From contig MNXP01000049.1 in NCBI GenBank assembly GCA_001872625.1, positions 36,142 to 100,141 of the forward strand: 64,000 bases of DNA, in the 5' to 3' direction. A model generated the notes under the pieces. The model did not search any database, was not told where the DNA came from, and saw nothing but the letters and a program-made list of their open reading frames with translations. Both the position numbers and the translations under genes were made by a program. Positions within the stretch are counted from its first letter, which is position 1; every line of letters begins with the position of its first letter. Of this stretch, positions 63,031 to 64,000 are shown in pieces. This stretch comes from Bacteroidetes bacterium CG2_30_33_31 (GTDB lineage Bacteria > Bacteroidota > Bacteroidia > Bacteroidales > UBA1556).

Positions 63031-63558
63031 TTAGTATTCTATAATAATAATTCCTTCTGTAGAAATTGGGCCTTTGCTCGACACATTAAATTTTGAATCT
63101 TTTGCAGCTGTCATTGCTTTAACTAATAGATAGTTATCGGAAGTTGTGGAACCTACATAGCCACTTTCGGCTTTTAGAACGTTGCCATATTTATCAACCT
63201 CAATTTTTACTACAACTCTACCATGCTTTTCTGTGGCATTTGTAATTACTGGAGCCTTTATCATTTGCCTACCTTTAATTTTATACCGCACTTCATAATC
63301 TCCAGATTTCAAAGATTTTTCTGGGGTTTCATTCACTAATTTTCCGTCGTATTCTACAACTTGAGCGAAGTAAACAGATGATACTTCTTTTATAGCAATC
63401 TTTTGTAATTGCATATCAATGTATATTTCCAGAGTGTCATGTTTAAGGCCGGTAACAACACATTCTAATTTTTTTCCGTTTTTTAAAATCACAAAATGCT
63501 GTGATAAAACAGAATAATTCAAAGATGTTAATAACAATAAAATTAAATACTTTTTCAT
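63031..63558 (-). CDS. secreted protein with TonB-C-like C-terminal domain
   Basis: 175 aa with a signal peptide. The C-terminal GRVVVKIEVDKYGNVLKAESGYVGSTTSDNYLLVKAMTAAKDSKFN resembles the TonB_C/energy-transducer fold. There is no Pro-rich linker. Confidence 0.5.
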   Translation of the reverse strand: MKKYLILLLLTSLNYSVLSQHFVILKNGKKLECVVTGLKHDTLEIYIDMQLQKIAIKEVSSVYFAQVVEYDGKLVNETPEKSLKSGDYEVRYKIKGRQMIKAPVITNATEKHGRVVVKIEVDKYGNVLKAESGYVGSTTSDNYLLVKAMTAAKDSKFNVSSKGPISTEGIIIIEY

Positions 63559-63674
63559 ATCGTATTGAAATTGTGTAAAATATAATTCAAAGTTGTGGAA
63601 ATAATTAGTGTTGTTTTATCATCAAAAAATTATTTGTAAACAAATTAAGTTTAATATCTATAATTGAATTATGA

Positions 63675-64000
63675 TTAGATATAGCTTTTAACGAAGCTCA
63701 ACTTTTCGCTTTCAGTCAATTTGCCATCGATCCATAAAATTTTAGTTCCGTTTTTTTCCATTCTGCGCCACCATGTATCTTGTCTTTTTGCAAACTGATG
63801 AATTGCTATGTTTAGCTTTTTAAACATGTCGTCGTAATTTAAATCACCTTCGAGATAAAGAGTAATAAACTTATATTCTAAGCCATAATATTTTAAAATT
63901 GTTGGGCTTATACCATCATCCAATAATTTTTTAACTTCTTCAATCATACCACTTTGAAGTCTATTACTTAATCTATCAGTTATTCTTTTTCGAATCTCAT
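63675..64000 (-). CDS. miaA: tRNA dimethylallyltransferase, C-terminal part (the gene continues beyond the window end)
   Basis: The minus-strand frame is open to the window edge (...RIRKRITDRLSNRLQSGMIEEVKKLL...GLEYKF...). The AKRQDTWWRRM motif is typical of the MiaA C-terminus. Confidence 0.8.
   Translation of the reverse strand, partial: EIRKRITDRLSNRLQSGMIEEVKKLLDDGISPTILKYYGLEYKFITLYLEGDLNYDDMFKKLNIAIHQFAKRQDTWWRRMEKNGTKILWIDGKLTESEKLSFVKSYI

Noticed and set aside
1-64000. A search for mobile elements, prophage remnants, integrases, transposases, toxin-antitoxin pairs or tRNA-adjacent islands.
   Set aside because: No ORF has integrase, transposase, phage structural or TA-like motifs. 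The two tRNA genes are flanked by rfbC and mqnA with no direct repeats of the tRNA 3' ends. I noticed no obvious compositional break.

Overview
This is an AT-rich (about 30% GC by eye) chromosomal segment, most likely from a member of Bacteroidota. The evidence for that is a T9SS cargo protein with a C-terminal sorting domain, PorX, a GWxTD protein, PD40/TPR/SPOR envelope proteins, and TAnnTTTG -7 promoter boxes 5-45 nt upstream of many start codons.

I can support about 46 protein genes. Most are housekeeping: ispE, fabI, rlmB, rmuC, cca, purL, prfC, lpd, rfbC, mqnA, tsaE, miaA. I also find two minus-strand tRNAs (Arg-TCT, Pro-TGG), neither encoding CCA; one TPP riboswitch in front of a TonB-dependent receptor; and several hairpin terminators. 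I see no rRNA, CRISPR array, transposase or integrase, and no recognisable defence island. Four receiver-domain proteins are present (LuxR-type, NtrC-type, REC-PPDK_N, PorX), but no histidine kinase gene.

Observations most worth follow-up:
1. A 2,341-aa exported protein combines TPR and PD40 modules, a coiled-coil region of about 1,500 aa, and three SPOR-like domains. It contains a near-perfect 8 x 90-bp in-frame tandem array. Every repeat unit carries the Bacteroidota O-glycosylation sequon (DSL).
2. An NtrC-type sigma-54 activator lacks a DNA-binding domain. It sits divergently next to a candidate -24/-12 promoter that points into a paralogue of the giant protein's N-terminal module.
3. A tandem (pseudo)receiver is fused to a PPDK_N ATP-grasp domain that has no phosphohistidine swivel domain.
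4. An overlapping gene pair looks like MurL (PP-loop epimerase) plus MurD2, the alternative D-Glu peptidoglycan route.
5. A gingipain-family (C25) T9SS cargo protein has both catalytic-dyad positions substituted (His to Leu, Cys to Ser).

All domain calls come from reading motifs by eye. No database search was run.
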